A stretch of 64,000 nt of DNA from an uncultured Granulosicoccaceae bacterium (GTDB lineage Bacteria; Pseudomonadota; Gammaproteobacteria; Granulosicoccales; Granulosicoccaceae): contig CALGLE010000004.1 of assembly GCA_937930305.1 (NCBI GenBank), positions 156,920-220,919 on the forward strand. Direction: 5' to 3'. Shown here in pieces: positions 26,524 through 36,455 of the stretch; positions within the stretch are counted from its first letter, which is position 1, and each line of letters begins with the position of its first letter. The translations under genes were made by a program, and so were the position numbers. The notes beneath the pieces were generated by a model. That model saw only the letters and a program-made list of their open reading frames with translations, was not told the DNA's origin and ran no database searches.

Positions 26524-28623
26524 CTAAGCAATGTTCAAGCGCTCAACAATCGCATCGATATTCAGCAGTTGACGGGTGGCGGTTTCACTCGCTTGGAGTA
26601 ACCAGTTTAGGGTATCTGTAATGGCTTTTGGATCGGTTTTGCGAGTGGATAAGTGTTGCCGAATTCGCATCTCAGTTTCTGCGACAGCAGCTTCGGTGTG
26701 ATGATCGGTGCGAGCAACCCCGGAAAAACAACCCAATACGTCGGCAGCAGATCTCGTACTGTAGGCACTTAAGTCCAATTCTGGGGCGCGCCAGGTTTGT
26801 AGATTGTCGGCTAATACTGTGGCGTTGGTCACCAGCTTATTTACGGCCGTATGGCGATGAGAGGTGCCTACCACTCGCAGTAATTTGCGCAGCGAGTCAG
26901 CCGCTTGTTGTAGTTGTTCGAAATCGTCTACGTACAGCTTTCGCCCACTTTGCCAATGTGTCAAAAGTTTAGCAGCGACAGATTCAGACTCTAAGTGTTC
27001 TGATATTTCAATGGCGTAGTTAACCATCGATTCCAGCTCTGCCCACGCAGTTTGCAACCCCCGGTAACCCGGGCCCAGTGCTTGACGGTATTCAGAGTTG
27101 GTGACAAACAATTCTCGAAACCGCAGCACTTTAGCTAGCTGGCTTAACAAACGTCTGTGTTCAATTGTTAAATTGGCAGGCTTGTCTACGCTGAATTCCA
27201 TGAATTGACGCCGAGCATTGAAATAGTCTGCATCGACGACGTCAGGTTCACTTAAATTGTTACCGCCTAATTCTTCAATCAAATTCAGCAGTTGTTTTTT
27301 TGAAGGAATACGTTCGAGATGAAAATAATTTTGCAAGTCTTGCAGTTCTTGTTCAATCAGTTTTGCTTGGTGATTTGCACGACGAAGCAGGGCGCGGGTC
27401 GATTGGTAAGCTAAATGTGGGTGAATGTACTGTTTGAATTCCTTGGGTTCTCGATCGATCAATTCGACCATGGATGAGAAGCGAACCAATTGCAGTGCGG
27501 TTATTGATTCGGAATCACCAAATTTTTCCAGCGTAGACGTTTTCATAACCGCGCGAACACAATCCGCCCACTCATGCAAGCGCGTGGGAAGGTCATCTAA
27601 GTGACGAAACTCAACTCGCTCTAATCCGACATCGGCCAAGTGTCTGGCTAGCTGGTGAATCTCCACGATGGACGCGGCGGTGTCATTGGCGGCATCGGTG
27701 GCAACCCAATCCTCTTTTTCATTATCGGATTGACCAATCAATTGCATAACGGCGTTCAATTGCGGCAGGCTCATACTTTCGGCTATAGCCATCGCCAGTG
27801 GCGCGTCAAAATGATCGGGCAATTCGGGAAACCAAGGGGATCCATCTTCGTGTTCTGTAATGTGTTGCGGCGGACAGGCGGTGCCCACGGCAATATCAAA
27901 TTCAAGTGACACTTCGGTGAGTCCCTGAATCACTTCCGCCACGTTGGCGTACCAGTCTGTGAGTGAATCACCGGTTTTATACTCGGGCAGTCGAATACCC
28001 CAACGATCCAATGCCACATCAATTAATTCTAAATTTACATCCGGTGTGCTGCTGTCCATGCGCAATTCGTAGCGTCGCTCGGCGGTCGCGTGCTCGCTGG
28101 TTTTGCGGGTCAATATGGCAGGAAATAACAGTAAAGGTGCGCGAATTAACGTGCCTTGATCAGCCTTCTTCCATTGCAGAAAGCCCGCCGCTAAATACAA
28201 GCGTTGAATCCCTGGCTGCTTCACCAAGGCGTTCATCACTTGAATTTGCTTACAACGCTCGTACAGCTCTTCCAAGGGATGCCGGGTCAGTAAATTGGCT
28301 TTCTCACGCCGTTTTTTAGGCGGTTTGGTCCGCCGAAGGGTTGCGACTGTGTCAGTTTCTTGTATATCCGATAGTCCAATTGCATCAGGCACCAAATCGA
28401 GTCGTCCGCCCGGTTGGGTGAGAATGTCCGCCAGCGCCAGTGGCGAGTGAGGGTGGACGTGAATATCGCCTCGCCGGGATGCCCAGTCTAATGAGCGATG
28501 CCAGTTTTCGTGCTGATCTGCACGGCGACGCGAGGCGGTATTTTCGTTTGGAGGGGGGGTTACAACATCCACGTTTGAAATAAGCCCTAGATAAAGACGC
28601 TGAACAGCAATGTCTAGGAGCAA
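26524..28623 (-). CDS. Divergent DUF4011-domain protein lacking helicase motifs
   Basis: 'GIQRLYLAAGFLQW...RAPLLLFPAIL...PDVNLEL' is the DUF4011 signature; the remainder is helical, with no GPPGTGK or DEA motif; start codon uncertain (GTG 28572 possible). Confidence 0.65.
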   Translation of the reverse strand: MLLDIAVQRLYLGLISNVDVVTPPPNENTASRRRADQHENWHRSLDWASRRGDIHVHPHSPLALADILTQPGGRLDLVPDAIGLSDIQETDTVATLRRTKPPKKRREKANLLTRHPLEELYERCKQIQVMNALVKQPGIQRLYLAAGFLQWKKADQGTLIRAPLLLFPAILTRKTSEHATAERRYELRMDSSTPDVNLELIDVALDRWGIRLPEYKTGDSLTDWYANVAEVIQGLTEVSLEFDIAVGTACPPQHITEHEDGSPWFPELPDHFDAPLAMAIAESMSLPQLNAVMQLIGQSDNEKEDWVATDAANDTAASIVEIHQLARHLADVGLERVEFRHLDDLPTRLHEWADCVRAVMKTSTLEKFGDSESITALQLVRFSSMVELIDREPKEFKQYIHPHLAYQSTRALLRRANHQAKLIEQELQDLQNYFHLERIPSKKQLLNLIEELGGNNLSEPDVVDADYFNARRQFMEFSVDKPANLTIEHRRLLSQLAKVLRFRELFVTNSEYRQALGPGYRGLQTAWAELESMVNYAIEISEHLESESVAAKLLTHWQSGRKLYVDDFEQLQQAADSLRKLLRVVGTSHRHTAVNKLVTNATVLADNLQTWRAPELDLSAYSTRSAADVLGCFSGVARTDHHTEAAVAETEMRIRQHLSTRKTDPKAITDTLNWLLQASETATRQLLNIDAIVERLNIA

Positions 28624-28750
28624 TTCAGGAATCGAGCCAAGCTGTTTGCCGAGCCCTTGATCAGACGCTCGATCACGCCGGATGGCGCGTTTTTGGCTTT
28701 AGATCACGGAATTATCTGGCCGCTAAAGTGTCTACACTTGAGTAACTCCA

Positions 28751-29740
28751 GTGAAATCGATACCAGGAACTCTTATGCGCGATTGGATGAAAATGGCGGG
28801 AATCCGCTCCAGTGAGATTACCGATGAAACCGTGTTTCGTCAGCGTCGTCATCTAATTCAAGCCGCTGCAGCTGCTGGAATAACAGGTGCCATTGCCAGT
28901 GAGGCGCATGCTAAATCTAACCCGCTGGGCATGCCGGTTAAAAAATCCGACTACACCGTTGATGGTGAACTTACCTCGGAAGAGACGGCTACGACCTACA
29001 ACAATTTTTATGAGCTTGGCACCGACAAGGGCGACCCGGTTAAGAACGCGAAGTTTTTGAAAACTGAACCTTGGAGTGTAACGATTGATGGCGAGTGCGA
29101 TGCACCGGGTACTTACACCTTGGAAGACATTTTAAAACCCCACGATATCGAAGAGCGCGTTTATCGGCTACGTTGTGTTGAAGCTTGGTCCATGGTCATT
29201 CCATGGAATGGTTTTGCGTTGGGGGACTTATTAAAACGGTTTAAGCCGAACAGCAACGCAAAGTATGTAGCGTTTGAAACAGTCAGCGATCAAAAGCTTC
29301 CTGGCATGCGCAGTCGAGTTCTAGATTGGCCGTACCGTGAAGGTTTACGTATTGATGAAGCCATGCACCCACTAGCGTTCATGGCCATTGGAATGTATGG
29401 CAACGTGATTCCAAATCAAAACGGTGCACCCATGCGTTTGGTGGTTCCTTGGAAGTACGGTTTTAAGAGCATTAAATCCATCGTGCGAATTAGTTTCACT
29501 GATGAATTGCCAGCAACCAGTTGGAATATGTCCGCGCCCCATGAATACGGCTTTTTCAGTAACGTGAATCCCGAAGTGTCTCACCCGCGTTGGAGCCAGG
29601 CGAAAGAACGCAAACTCACCGGTTCCGCCGGTGGCTTATCGGCGCTGTTTGCTTCAAAAACAGAAACCTTTTATCTCAACGGTTACGCCGATGAAGTTGG
29701 AAGCTTATACGCCGATATGGATTTGAAGAAATTTTTCTAA
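28751..29740 (+). CDS. msrP: Protein-methionine-sulfoxide reductase catalytic subunit MsrP
   Basis: Tat motif 'RRHLIQAAA', 'YNNFYELGTDK.DP', 'LRCVEAWSMVIPW', 'PWKYGFKSIKSIV', 'HPRWSQA'. Confidence 0.96.
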   Translation: MKSIPGTLMRDWMKMAGIRSSEITDETVFRQRRHLIQAAAAAGITGAIASEAHAKSNPLGMPVKKSDYTVDGELTSEETATTYNNFYELGTDKGDPVKNAKFLKTEPWSVTIDGECDAPGTYTLEDILKPHDIEERVYRLRCVEAWSMVIPWNGFALGDLLKRFKPNSNAKYVAFETVSDQKLPGMRSRVLDWPYREGLRIDEAMHPLAFMAIGMYGNVIPNQNGAPMRLVVPWKYGFKSIKSIVRISFTDELPATSWNMSAPHEYGFFSNVNPEVSHPRWSQAKERKLTGSAGGLSALFASKTETFYLNGYADEVGSLYADMDLKKFF

Positions 29741-30339
29741 TGGGTTCATCCGCTCGATGGACTTGGGTGTCTTGGTTAAAGATCGTCGTATTTTTATTGT
29801 TGTGTGCCCCCGCCGTGGCAATGGTTGTGGCGGTGGTGAGTGGTCGTGCAGGGCCAAACCCCATAGAATTTCTCACCCACGAAACTGGCGAAATGGGTTT
29901 ACGCATGCTGATGCTGGGATTAATGCTGACACCGATGCGTTGGTGGTTTAAATCCACCGTGCCCATTCGATTTCGTCGGATGATCGGCTTGTTCGCCTTC
30001 TTCTACGTCATCATGCACTTTGCCATTTATACGGTACTGGATCAGCAGCTGGACATCGCGTCCATTACCGAAGACTTGTTCAAGCGCACTTACATCATTG
30101 CAGGTTTTGTCAGTTTGGTTTTATTAGTGCCACTCGCCATCACATCCACTAAAGCGATGATGCGTCGACTGGGTAAGCGTTGGCTGTCGTTACACAAATT
30201 AGTGTACGTCGCAAGCATTGCTGCGGTGCTGCACTACATATGGTTAGCCAAAGGCGATCAAATTGAGCCGCTGGTTTACGCGGCAATTTTGGCAGTTTTG
30301 CTGGGTATGCGTTTATGGCGAAAATTTAGGCGCGGATGA
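29740..30339 (+). CDS. msrQ: Protein-methionine-sulfoxide reductase heme-binding subunit MsrQ
   Basis: 'NPIE...TG', 'RRMIGLFAFFY...H', 'LAITS', 'W..LHKLVY...LHY.W'. Confidence 0.95.
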   Translation: MGSSARWTWVSWLKIVVFLLLCAPAVAMVVAVVSGRAGPNPIEFLTHETGEMGLRMLMLGLMLTPMRWWFKSTVPIRFRRMIGLFAFFYVIMHFAIYTVLDQQLDIASITEDLFKRTYIIAGFVSLVLLVPLAITSTKAMMRRLGKRWLSLHKLVYVASIAAVLHYIWLAKGDQIEPLVYAAILAVLLGMRLWRKFRRG

Positions 30340-30371
30340 TTGTGGTCATCCACGCCTGATTAATGTCTAGG

Positions 30372-31352
30372 TTAAGACAACAGATCTTTTACGGTTTCGC
30401 GTTCTTCGTTTAATTCTGTTTGACTGGCTAACATCTTCTCGCGGATCGCATCACTGACTTCTAAATCGCTGATGATGGTGTAGTCGCCGTTTTTACACGT
30501 TACAGGGAATGAGTAAATTAAACCCTCTTCAATGCCGTAACTGCCATCGCTGGGCACAGCCATGCTGACCCAGTCACCATCCGGTGTGCCTTGCACCCAG
30601 CTGGCCATGTGATCAACCACGCCATTGGCAGCTGATGCTGCGCTGGAGCTGCCGCGTGCATCGATGACGGCTGCACCGCGCTTAGCGACAGTTGGGATGA
30701 ACGTATCGTGTGCCCAGGCTGTGTCTACCAAATCGGGTGCGCTTTTCCCAGCAACCGATGCCCAAGTGATATCGGGTACTTGAGTAGTGGAGTGGTTGCC
30801 CCAAATCACCATCTTTTTGATGTCACCGATGCGTGAATCGGTTTTCTCGGCTAGTTGCGAAATGGCGCGGTTGTGATCCAAGCGAGTTAACGCGGTGATG
30901 TTGCGAGGATTCATTTTTGGAGCATTAGCTTTCAGAATGTAAGCGTTCGTGTTCGCAGGATTGCCAACCACCACAACTTTGCAATCGGGGTTACCCACTT
31001 CATTCAAGGTCTGACCCAAGGCGCTAAAAATTTTGCCGTTGTCGCTGATCAGGTCTTTTCGTTCCATACCGGGCCCACGAGGCTTTGCACCAACAAAAAG
31101 GGCGGCATCCACATCTTTAAGCGCCACTTTTGGGTCGTCAGTGCAAATGACTTCGTGCAGCAATGGGAATGCACAATCGTCCAATTCCATTTTGACCGCT
31201 TCAAGCAAGCCTAAGGCTGGAGTAATTTCTAACAGCTGCAGGCTGACGGGCTGGTTGGGGCCGTAAATATCGCCATTGGCGATACGAAATAACATGGAGT
31301 AGCAGATTTGACCGGCAGCCCCGGTCACCGCAATGCGTTTGGGTTCGCTCAT
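30372..31352 (-). CDS. mdh: Malate dehydrogenase
   Basis: '[13 protein letters not shown]', '[11 protein letters not shown]', 'VVGNPANTN', 'TRLDHNRA', 'WGNHS'. Confidence 0.97.
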   Translation of the reverse strand: MSEPKRIAVTGAAGQICYSMLFRIANGDIYGPNQPVSLQLLEITPALGLLEAVKMELDDCAFPLLHEVICTDDPKVALKDVDAALFVGAKPRGPGMERKDLISDNGKIFSALGQTLNEVGNPDCKVVVVGNPANTNAYILKANAPKMNPRNITALTRLDHNRAISQLAEKTDSRIGDIKKMVIWGNHSTTQVPDITWASVAGKSAPDLVDTAWAHDTFIPTVAKRGAAVIDARGSSSAASAANGVVDHMASWVQGTPDGDWVSMAVPSDGSYGIEEGLIYSFPVTCKNGDYTIISDLEVSDAIREKMLASQTELNEERETVKDLLS

Positions 31353-31490
31353 GTAGGGTGTGTTCTCTCGTAATGAATCTATTAGGTTGGCTGACTACTA
31401 GCTTAAGACGTGCCAGCAACAAAGCCGGAAAATAGTAGCACAAGCCCATATGCTACCCTCCGCCACGCAATTGTAATTAAGGTCGTCTAC

Positions 31491-32003
31491 GTGCGCTGTC
31501 CCTTCTGTGGTGCCATTGATACACGAGTTGTTGATTCTCGCTTGGTAGGTGATAACGACCAAGTTCGGCGCCGTCGTGAGTGCACGGAATGCGAAGAGCG
31601 CTTCACAACCTACGAAACCGCTGAGCTCAATTTACCTCGAATCGTGAAATCGGATGCGAGCCGAGAACCCTTTTCGGCCGGTAAACTCTCCAGTGGCTTT
31701 CAAAAAGCCTTGGAGAAGCGCCCGGTGAGCGTAGAGGCGATTGATGAGGCGGTGGCCAGAGTCAAGCACCGGCTCTTGGTGGCTGGGGAGCGCGAAGTGC
31801 CATCCCGCCAATTGGGTGAATGGGTGATGGATGAGCTACGAAAACTGGATCAAGTGGCGTATATCCGCTTCGCCTCGGTGTACCGCCGGTTCGACGATGT
31901 GGCCGAATTTCGAGAAGCCATCGAGATATTAGAAAAGGCCCCAGATGCCAGTGCGAGCGCCAATCAGCTCTCACTCTTGAAAGACGACAGCGCAGAACCC
32001 TGA
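31491..32003 (+). CDS. nrdR: Transcriptional repressor NrdR
   Basis: 'RCPFC...RVVDSR...RRRREC.EC.ERFTTYE', ATP-cone, '[13 protein letters not shown]'; GTG at 31491 preferred. Confidence 0.97.
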   Translation: MRCPFCGAIDTRVVDSRLVGDNDQVRRRRECTECEERFTTYETAELNLPRIVKSDASREPFSAGKLSSGFQKALEKRPVSVEAIDEAVARVKHRLLVAGEREVPSRQLGEWVMDELRKLDQVAYIRFASVYRRFDDVAEFREAIEILEKAPDASASANQLSLLKDDSAEP

Positions 32004-32124
32004 CGCTGCGCGCACTCTTGCCGGACCCGCATGGCGCTTTCATCATTGGTTCTCCACAACAGCAGGATGTCCGTGCCAAACTTGGGGTCGAAAACCTAGA
32101 AATTCTTAACAGTGAGCGAACACC

Positions 32125-32694
32125 TTGTCCACGATTGTTGTGGCCCGAAAGGGCAAAAGCGCATGCATTGCGGCCGATACTCTAACGACCTTTGGCGATA
32201 TTCGGCTCAGCTCCGAGCTGGACTGCCATCATTCGAAAATCCAGACATTTGGAAAAACCCATATGGGCATCGTGGGCAGCGCGGCCCACACCTTGGTCGC
32301 GGAGCGCGCGTTTCGGGATAAAGACGCTAAAGCGGATTTCTCAACCCGTGACGACGCCTTCGATTCTCTGGTGCGCTTGCACCCCATCTTGAAAGAAAAG
32401 TACTACCTGAATTCCAAAGATCAGGACGACGATCCTTACGAAACCACCCAAATAGATGCCGTTTTCGTTAACCCTAACGGCATTTTCGCGTTGTATTCGC
32501 TGCGTGAAGTGTATGAGTACACCCGATTTTGGGCGGTGGGCTCTGGGGCTTGTTTTGCGCTGGGAGCGATGCACGCAGTCTATGACAAGTACAAAAGCGC
32601 CAAGGACATTGCCAAGGCTGGTGCGGAAGCGGGGGCAGAATTCGACACCTCTTCGCATTTGCCCTTAAACATCAAGACTGTTCGTCTGAAGTAG
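32125..32694 (+). CDS. Proteasome-beta/HslV-like Ntn hydrolase (BPH-like)
   Basis: N-terminal '(M)STIVV', 'AADTLTTFG', 'SKI', 'GIVGSAAH', 'WAVGSG..FALGAM'; TTG start, in-frame TGA at 32113. Confidence 0.75.
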   Translation: MSTIVVARKGKSACIAADTLTTFGDIRLSSELDCHHSKIQTFGKTHMGIVGSAAHTLVAERAFRDKDAKADFSTRDDAFDSLVRLHPILKEKYYLNSKDQDDDPYETTQIDAVFVNPNGIFALYSLREVYEYTRFWAVGSGACFALGAMHAVYDKYKSAKDIAKAGAEAGAEFDTSSHLPLNIKTVRLK

Positions 32695-32766
32695 GCGGGG
32701 GCGAATGGCGGCTAAACGCGCTAGAATGGGGAGTTAACTTGATAAATTCCACGGAAAATCCCCAAA

Positions 32767-33198
32767 ATGGCTGTTGAACAAACTCTTTCGATCATCAAAC
32801 CAGACGCTGTGGGCAACAATCACATTGGCGAAATTTACGCCATGTTTGAAAAAGCCGGCTTAAAAATCGTTGCGGCCAAGATGATCCATCTGTCTGAAGA
32901 GCAGGCAGGCGCTTTTTACGCGGTTCACAAAGAGCGTCCTTTCTACAAAGATTTGGTGGGCTTCATGACGTCCGGCCCGGTCATGGTTCAGGCCTTGGAA
33001 GGCGAAAACGCGATTGCTGCTCATCGTGACGTGATGGGAGCCACCAACCCGGCAGAAGCGGCCGAAGGTACGGTTCGTAAGCGCTTTGCCAGCTCTATCG
33101 ATGAGAACGCTTGCCACGGTTCTGATGCGCCAGAAACTGCCGCTGAAGAGATTAAATTCTTCTTCGGTGATGGCGGTCTTTGCCCGCGCACTCGCTAA
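32767..33198 (+). CDS. ndk: Nucleoside-diphosphate kinase
   Basis: '[10 protein letters not shown]', 'FMTSGP', 'NACHGSD'. Confidence 0.98.
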   Translation: MAVEQTLSIIKPDAVGNNHIGEIYAMFEKAGLKIVAAKMIHLSEEQAGAFYAVHKERPFYKDLVGFMTSGPVMVQALEGENAIAAHRDVMGATNPAEAAEGTVRKRFASSIDENACHGSDAPETAAEEIKFFFGDGGLCPRTR

Positions 33199-33216
33199 AG
33201 CGAACTTTCTCACCCC

Positions 33217-34338
33217 GTGAGCGCATCCGCTAACACCCCGGTTAATTTGTTTTCGTTCGACCGCGATGGGTTGGGCGAATACTTGGCCAGCTTGGGCGAA
33301 AAACCCTACCGGGCCAAGCAAGTTATGCAGTGGTTGTATGCGCGCGGGGTGAGAGATTTTGATGAGATGTCGGACATCTCAAAATCTTTGCGGGCCCAAT
33401 TCCATGAGCACTGCACAACGGCTTTGCCGCAAGTGTCTGAAGAGCATTTGTCGAAGGACGGCACGTGTAAGTGGTTGTTTGAATTGCACGACGGCAACCG
33501 TATTGAAACGGTTTATATCCCAGAGAAAGATCGGGGAACCTTATGCGTATCTTCGCAAATAGGATGTGCCCTTGACTGCTCGTTCTGCGCTACCGCGCGG
33601 CAAGGTTTCGCTCGCAACTTATCGGTTGATGAAATCATCGGGCAAGTTTGGTTAGCAAACCATTTGTTGGCGGCTCGGCCCGAAACTCAAGGCCAACGAG
33701 TTACCAACGTGGTGATGATGGGCATGGGCGAGCCCTTGCTGAACATGTCAGCGCTAATTCCATCGTTGTCCTTGATGATGGACGACTTAGGTTATGGATT
33801 GTCAAAACGGCGAACCACAGTGAGTACCTCGGGTGTGGTACCGGCTATGGATCGGCTAACCGATGCCATTGATGTTTCCTTGGCGGTGTCTTTGCACGCC
33901 CCAACCAATGATTTACGCGATGATTTGGTGCCAATTAACCGAAAGTACCCTATAAAAGAACTGATGGATGCCTGTTGGCGCTACGTCAAATCAGGCTCTC
34001 GGAAGAAAAGCGTGTTGTTTGAATACGTCATGCTCGATGGCGTGAATGACAACCCGGCAGAAGCTCGTGCGCTGGCAAAGTTATTGCGCAACTTTCCTGG
34101 AAAAGTGAACCTGATTCCGTTTAATCCGTTTCCAACTTCCGGTTACGAGCGATCCAGCCGGACGCGTATTGAACAATTTCAGTCTATCTTGAGTGATCAA
34201 GGCGTTTTAACGCTTACTCGTACAACTCGGGGCGATGACATCGACGCAGCTTGCGGTCAATTGGCTGGTCAAGTGGATGATCGAAGCCGACGTTACGTTA
34301 AATTTGCCGAGCCGCGTTTCGGAGAACAATTCAGATGA
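33217..34338 (+). CDS. rlmN: 23S rRNA/tRNA m2A methyltransferase RlmN
   Basis: 'CVSSQIGCALDCSFCAT', 'MGMGEPL', 'SLHAP', 'IDAACGQL'. Confidence 0.97.
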   Translation: MSASANTPVNLFSFDRDGLGEYLASLGEKPYRAKQVMQWLYARGVRDFDEMSDISKSLRAQFHEHCTTALPQVSEEHLSKDGTCKWLFELHDGNRIETVYIPEKDRGTLCVSSQIGCALDCSFCATARQGFARNLSVDEIIGQVWLANHLLAARPETQGQRVTNVVMMGMGEPLLNMSALIPSLSLMMDDLGYGLSKRRTTVSTSGVVPAMDRLTDAIDVSLAVSLHAPTNDLRDDLVPINRKYPIKELMDACWRYVKSGSRKKSVLFEYVMLDGVNDNPAEARALAKLLRNFPGKVNLIPFNPFPTSGYERSSRTRIEQFQSILSDQGVLTLTRTTRGDDIDAACGQLAGQVDDRSRRYVKFAEPRFGEQFR

Positions 34339-35108
34339 AGACCGATTGGGCCCTTGCAGTTCGTTCTTTAGTGGTGATTGCGATGGCAATGACCTTGATG
34401 GCGTGCACTATTGTAACCACGTCACCAAAGCGCACCACCGACGATGAGGATGCTGCCAGCTTCAACGCTAAGTTGGGCTTGCAGTATTTGCAACGTGGGG
34501 ACTTGGAGCTAGCTAACGAGAAGTTAACTAAAGCCTTAGAACAAGATAGCAAAAATTCTCTAGCTCACATCAGTATGGCGCAACTGCAGTTCGCTATTGA
34601 TAAACCTGAGGTGGCGCGAAAGCACTACAAGCGTGCCGTGGCCTTAGACCCTGACAATGCGGATAACAGAAACGCCTACGGCATTTTTCTTTGCAGCACC
34701 GGGGACGTAGAGGGCGCTGAACGTGAATTTGATAAAGCGGCCAGCAATCCATTCTATGACACACCAGAATACGCTTTGGACAACGCAGGTGTTTGCATGT
34801 TGGAAGCGGGGCGTTTAAAAGATGCTGAAGGTTACTTACTCAAAGCGCTGCAAAGAAACCCGAAGTTTGGCAATGCCTATTTGCATATCGCTGAACTGCG
34901 TTTTAAAGAACGCAGGCTAACCATTGCGGAATCCTATTTAGCCCGTCATCACGACACCAGCCCGATTTCATCTGCCAGCCTATGGCTTGGGCTGCAAATT
35001 CAGCGTGATCGCGGTAACGTCAGTGCTGCGGATAGTTACGCAAAGCGCTTGCTGAATGAATTCCCGAATTCACTTGAGGCTGGGGCCTACCTCGCCCAAC
35101 CCAATTAA
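34335..35108 (+). CDS. pilW: Type IV pilus biogenesis/stability lipoprotein PilW/PilF (TPR)
   Basis: Lipobox 'LMAC', TPR repeats, 'NAYGIFLC', 'NAGVC'; follows rlmN as usual. Confidence 0.88.
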   Translation: MKTDWALAVRSLVVIAMAMTLMACTIVTTSPKRTTDDEDAASFNAKLGLQYLQRGDLELANEKLTKALEQDSKNSLAHISMAQLQFAIDKPEVARKHYKRAVALDPDNADNRNAYGIFLCSTGDVEGAEREFDKAASNPFYDTPEYALDNAGVCMLEAGRLKDAEGYLLKALQRNPKFGNAYLHIAELRFKERRLTIAESYLARHHDTSPISSASLWLGLQIQRDRGNVSAADSYAKRLLNEFPNSLEAGAYLAQPN

Positions 35109-35134
35109 CCTTAACCTCGCCGACAGGCCTGTTC

Positions 35135-36427
35135 ATGAAAGCCGTTTATAAGCACCCGCGCGGAATGCCTGATATCCTGCCCGGAGACATCGGCTCGTGG
35201 CATCGTATCGAAAAAGCGGTTCGTTCCACCATGCATTCTTACGGGTATGAAGAAATTCGTACCCCTTTGGTGGAAAAAACGGCACTGTTCGAACGCGGTA
35301 TTGGTGAAGCCACCGATATTGTTGAAAAAGAGATGTATACGTTTCCTGATCGGAAAGGTGAAAGCTTAACGCTACGACCCGAAAACACCGCCAGTTGTGT
35401 TCGGGCGGCAGTGGAAGGGGGCTTGTTGCAACCTGGCAGTGTGCATCGCGTTTGGTACCAAGGGCCGATGTTTCGTTATGAGCGCCCACAATTGGGGCGA
35501 CAACGTCAGTTTTATCAAACCGGTGCGGAAGTCTATGGCGTGGCTGGGGCCTCCATTGAAGTGGAGCTTATTTTAATGACGGCTGAGCTTTGGCGTCGCA
35601 TTGGCGTTTTTGATGCCGCTCAATTAGAGATCAATACGCTGGGCACTGCAGAGGATCGAGCCGCGTATCGCGAAAAGCTTATAGCGTATTTCGAATCACA
35701 TACCGATCAGCTAGATGAGGACAGTGTTCGTCGCTTAACCAAAAACCCGTTGCGAATTTTGGATTCGAAAAATCCGGATATGGCCAAGTTAATTGAAGAT
35801 GCGCCTAAGTTGGCGGATAACTTGTCGGCCGAATCGAAAGCCCATTTTTATGAGGTGCAAGCCTTGTTGGTAGCGAATGGGATAGATGCCACCGTCAATA
35901 ACCGATTGGTGCGCGGTTTAGACTATTACAGTCACACCGTATTTGAGTGGACGACTGATCGACTGGGATCGCAAAGCGCTATTTGCGGTGGTGGCCGATA
36001 TGACGCCATGTTGGAAGATTTTGGGGCAAAAAATACCCCCGGTGTTGGCTGGGCCATGGGGATGGAAAGAATTGTGGCACTGGCTGAGGCGCTATCCAAA
36101 GATCAACCAGAACAAGCAATCGTGGACGGACCCGATGCGTTTGTTATCTGCACGGTTAAGGATGAGGCTGCGTACCCGCTGATTGTGACGGAGCAGCTGC
36201 GACGAAAGTGCCCGGCACTTAAAATTGTACAAAATACCGGGGCTGCGAATTTAAGTAACCAATTGAAACGCGCTGACAAGCTCAATGCTCGCTGTGTGGT
36301 GTTAATTGGTGAAGAAGAGAAAGCAAATCAAACAGTTAGTTTGAAATTGCTGGATGGAAAAAACGAGACCCGAACCCTGCCGCAAAACGAAGCTGCAGCG
36401 GTGCTGTCATCTATACTAGGCAGTTGA
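35135..36427 (+). CDS. hisS: Histidine--tRNA ligase
   Basis: 'RGMPD', 'LRPENTAS', 'FRYERPQ.GR.RQF', 'LVRGLDYY', 'GGGRYD', 'GMER'. Confidence 0.98.
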   Translation: MKAVYKHPRGMPDILPGDIGSWHRIEKAVRSTMHSYGYEEIRTPLVEKTALFERGIGEATDIVEKEMYTFPDRKGESLTLRPENTASCVRAAVEGGLLQPGSVHRVWYQGPMFRYERPQLGRQRQFYQTGAEVYGVAGASIEVELILMTAELWRRIGVFDAAQLEINTLGTAEDRAAYREKLIAYFESHTDQLDEDSVRRLTKNPLRILDSKNPDMAKLIEDAPKLADNLSAESKAHFYEVQALLVANGIDATVNNRLVRGLDYYSHTVFEWTTDRLGSQSAICGGGRYDAMLEDFGAKNTPGVGWAMGMERIVALAEALSKDQPEQAIVDGPDAFVICTVKDEAAYPLIVTEQLRRKCPALKIVQNTGAANLSNQLKRADKLNARCVVLIGEEEKANQTVSLKLLDGKNETRTLPQNEAAAVLSSILGS

Positions 36428-36455
36428 ACGCTCAGCACGAGCTGGAGAGACAAGA

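Noticed and set aside
28683-28698. sigma54-like motif TGGCGCGTTTTTGGCT upstream of msrP
   Set aside because: Mismatches in both elements and no supporting context.
31400-31415. sigma54-like motif TGGCACGTCTTAAGCT on the minus strand upstream of mdh
   Set aside because: The -24 element is perfect but the -12 reads AAGC rather than TTGC; GG-N10-GC matches arise often by chance, so it was not called.
31353-31490. Possible NrdR box in the mdh/nrdR divergent region (GTAGCA-N10-TGCTAC inverted repeat)
   Set aside because: It does not match the NrdR-box consensus, and a 6-bp inverted repeat is not significant.
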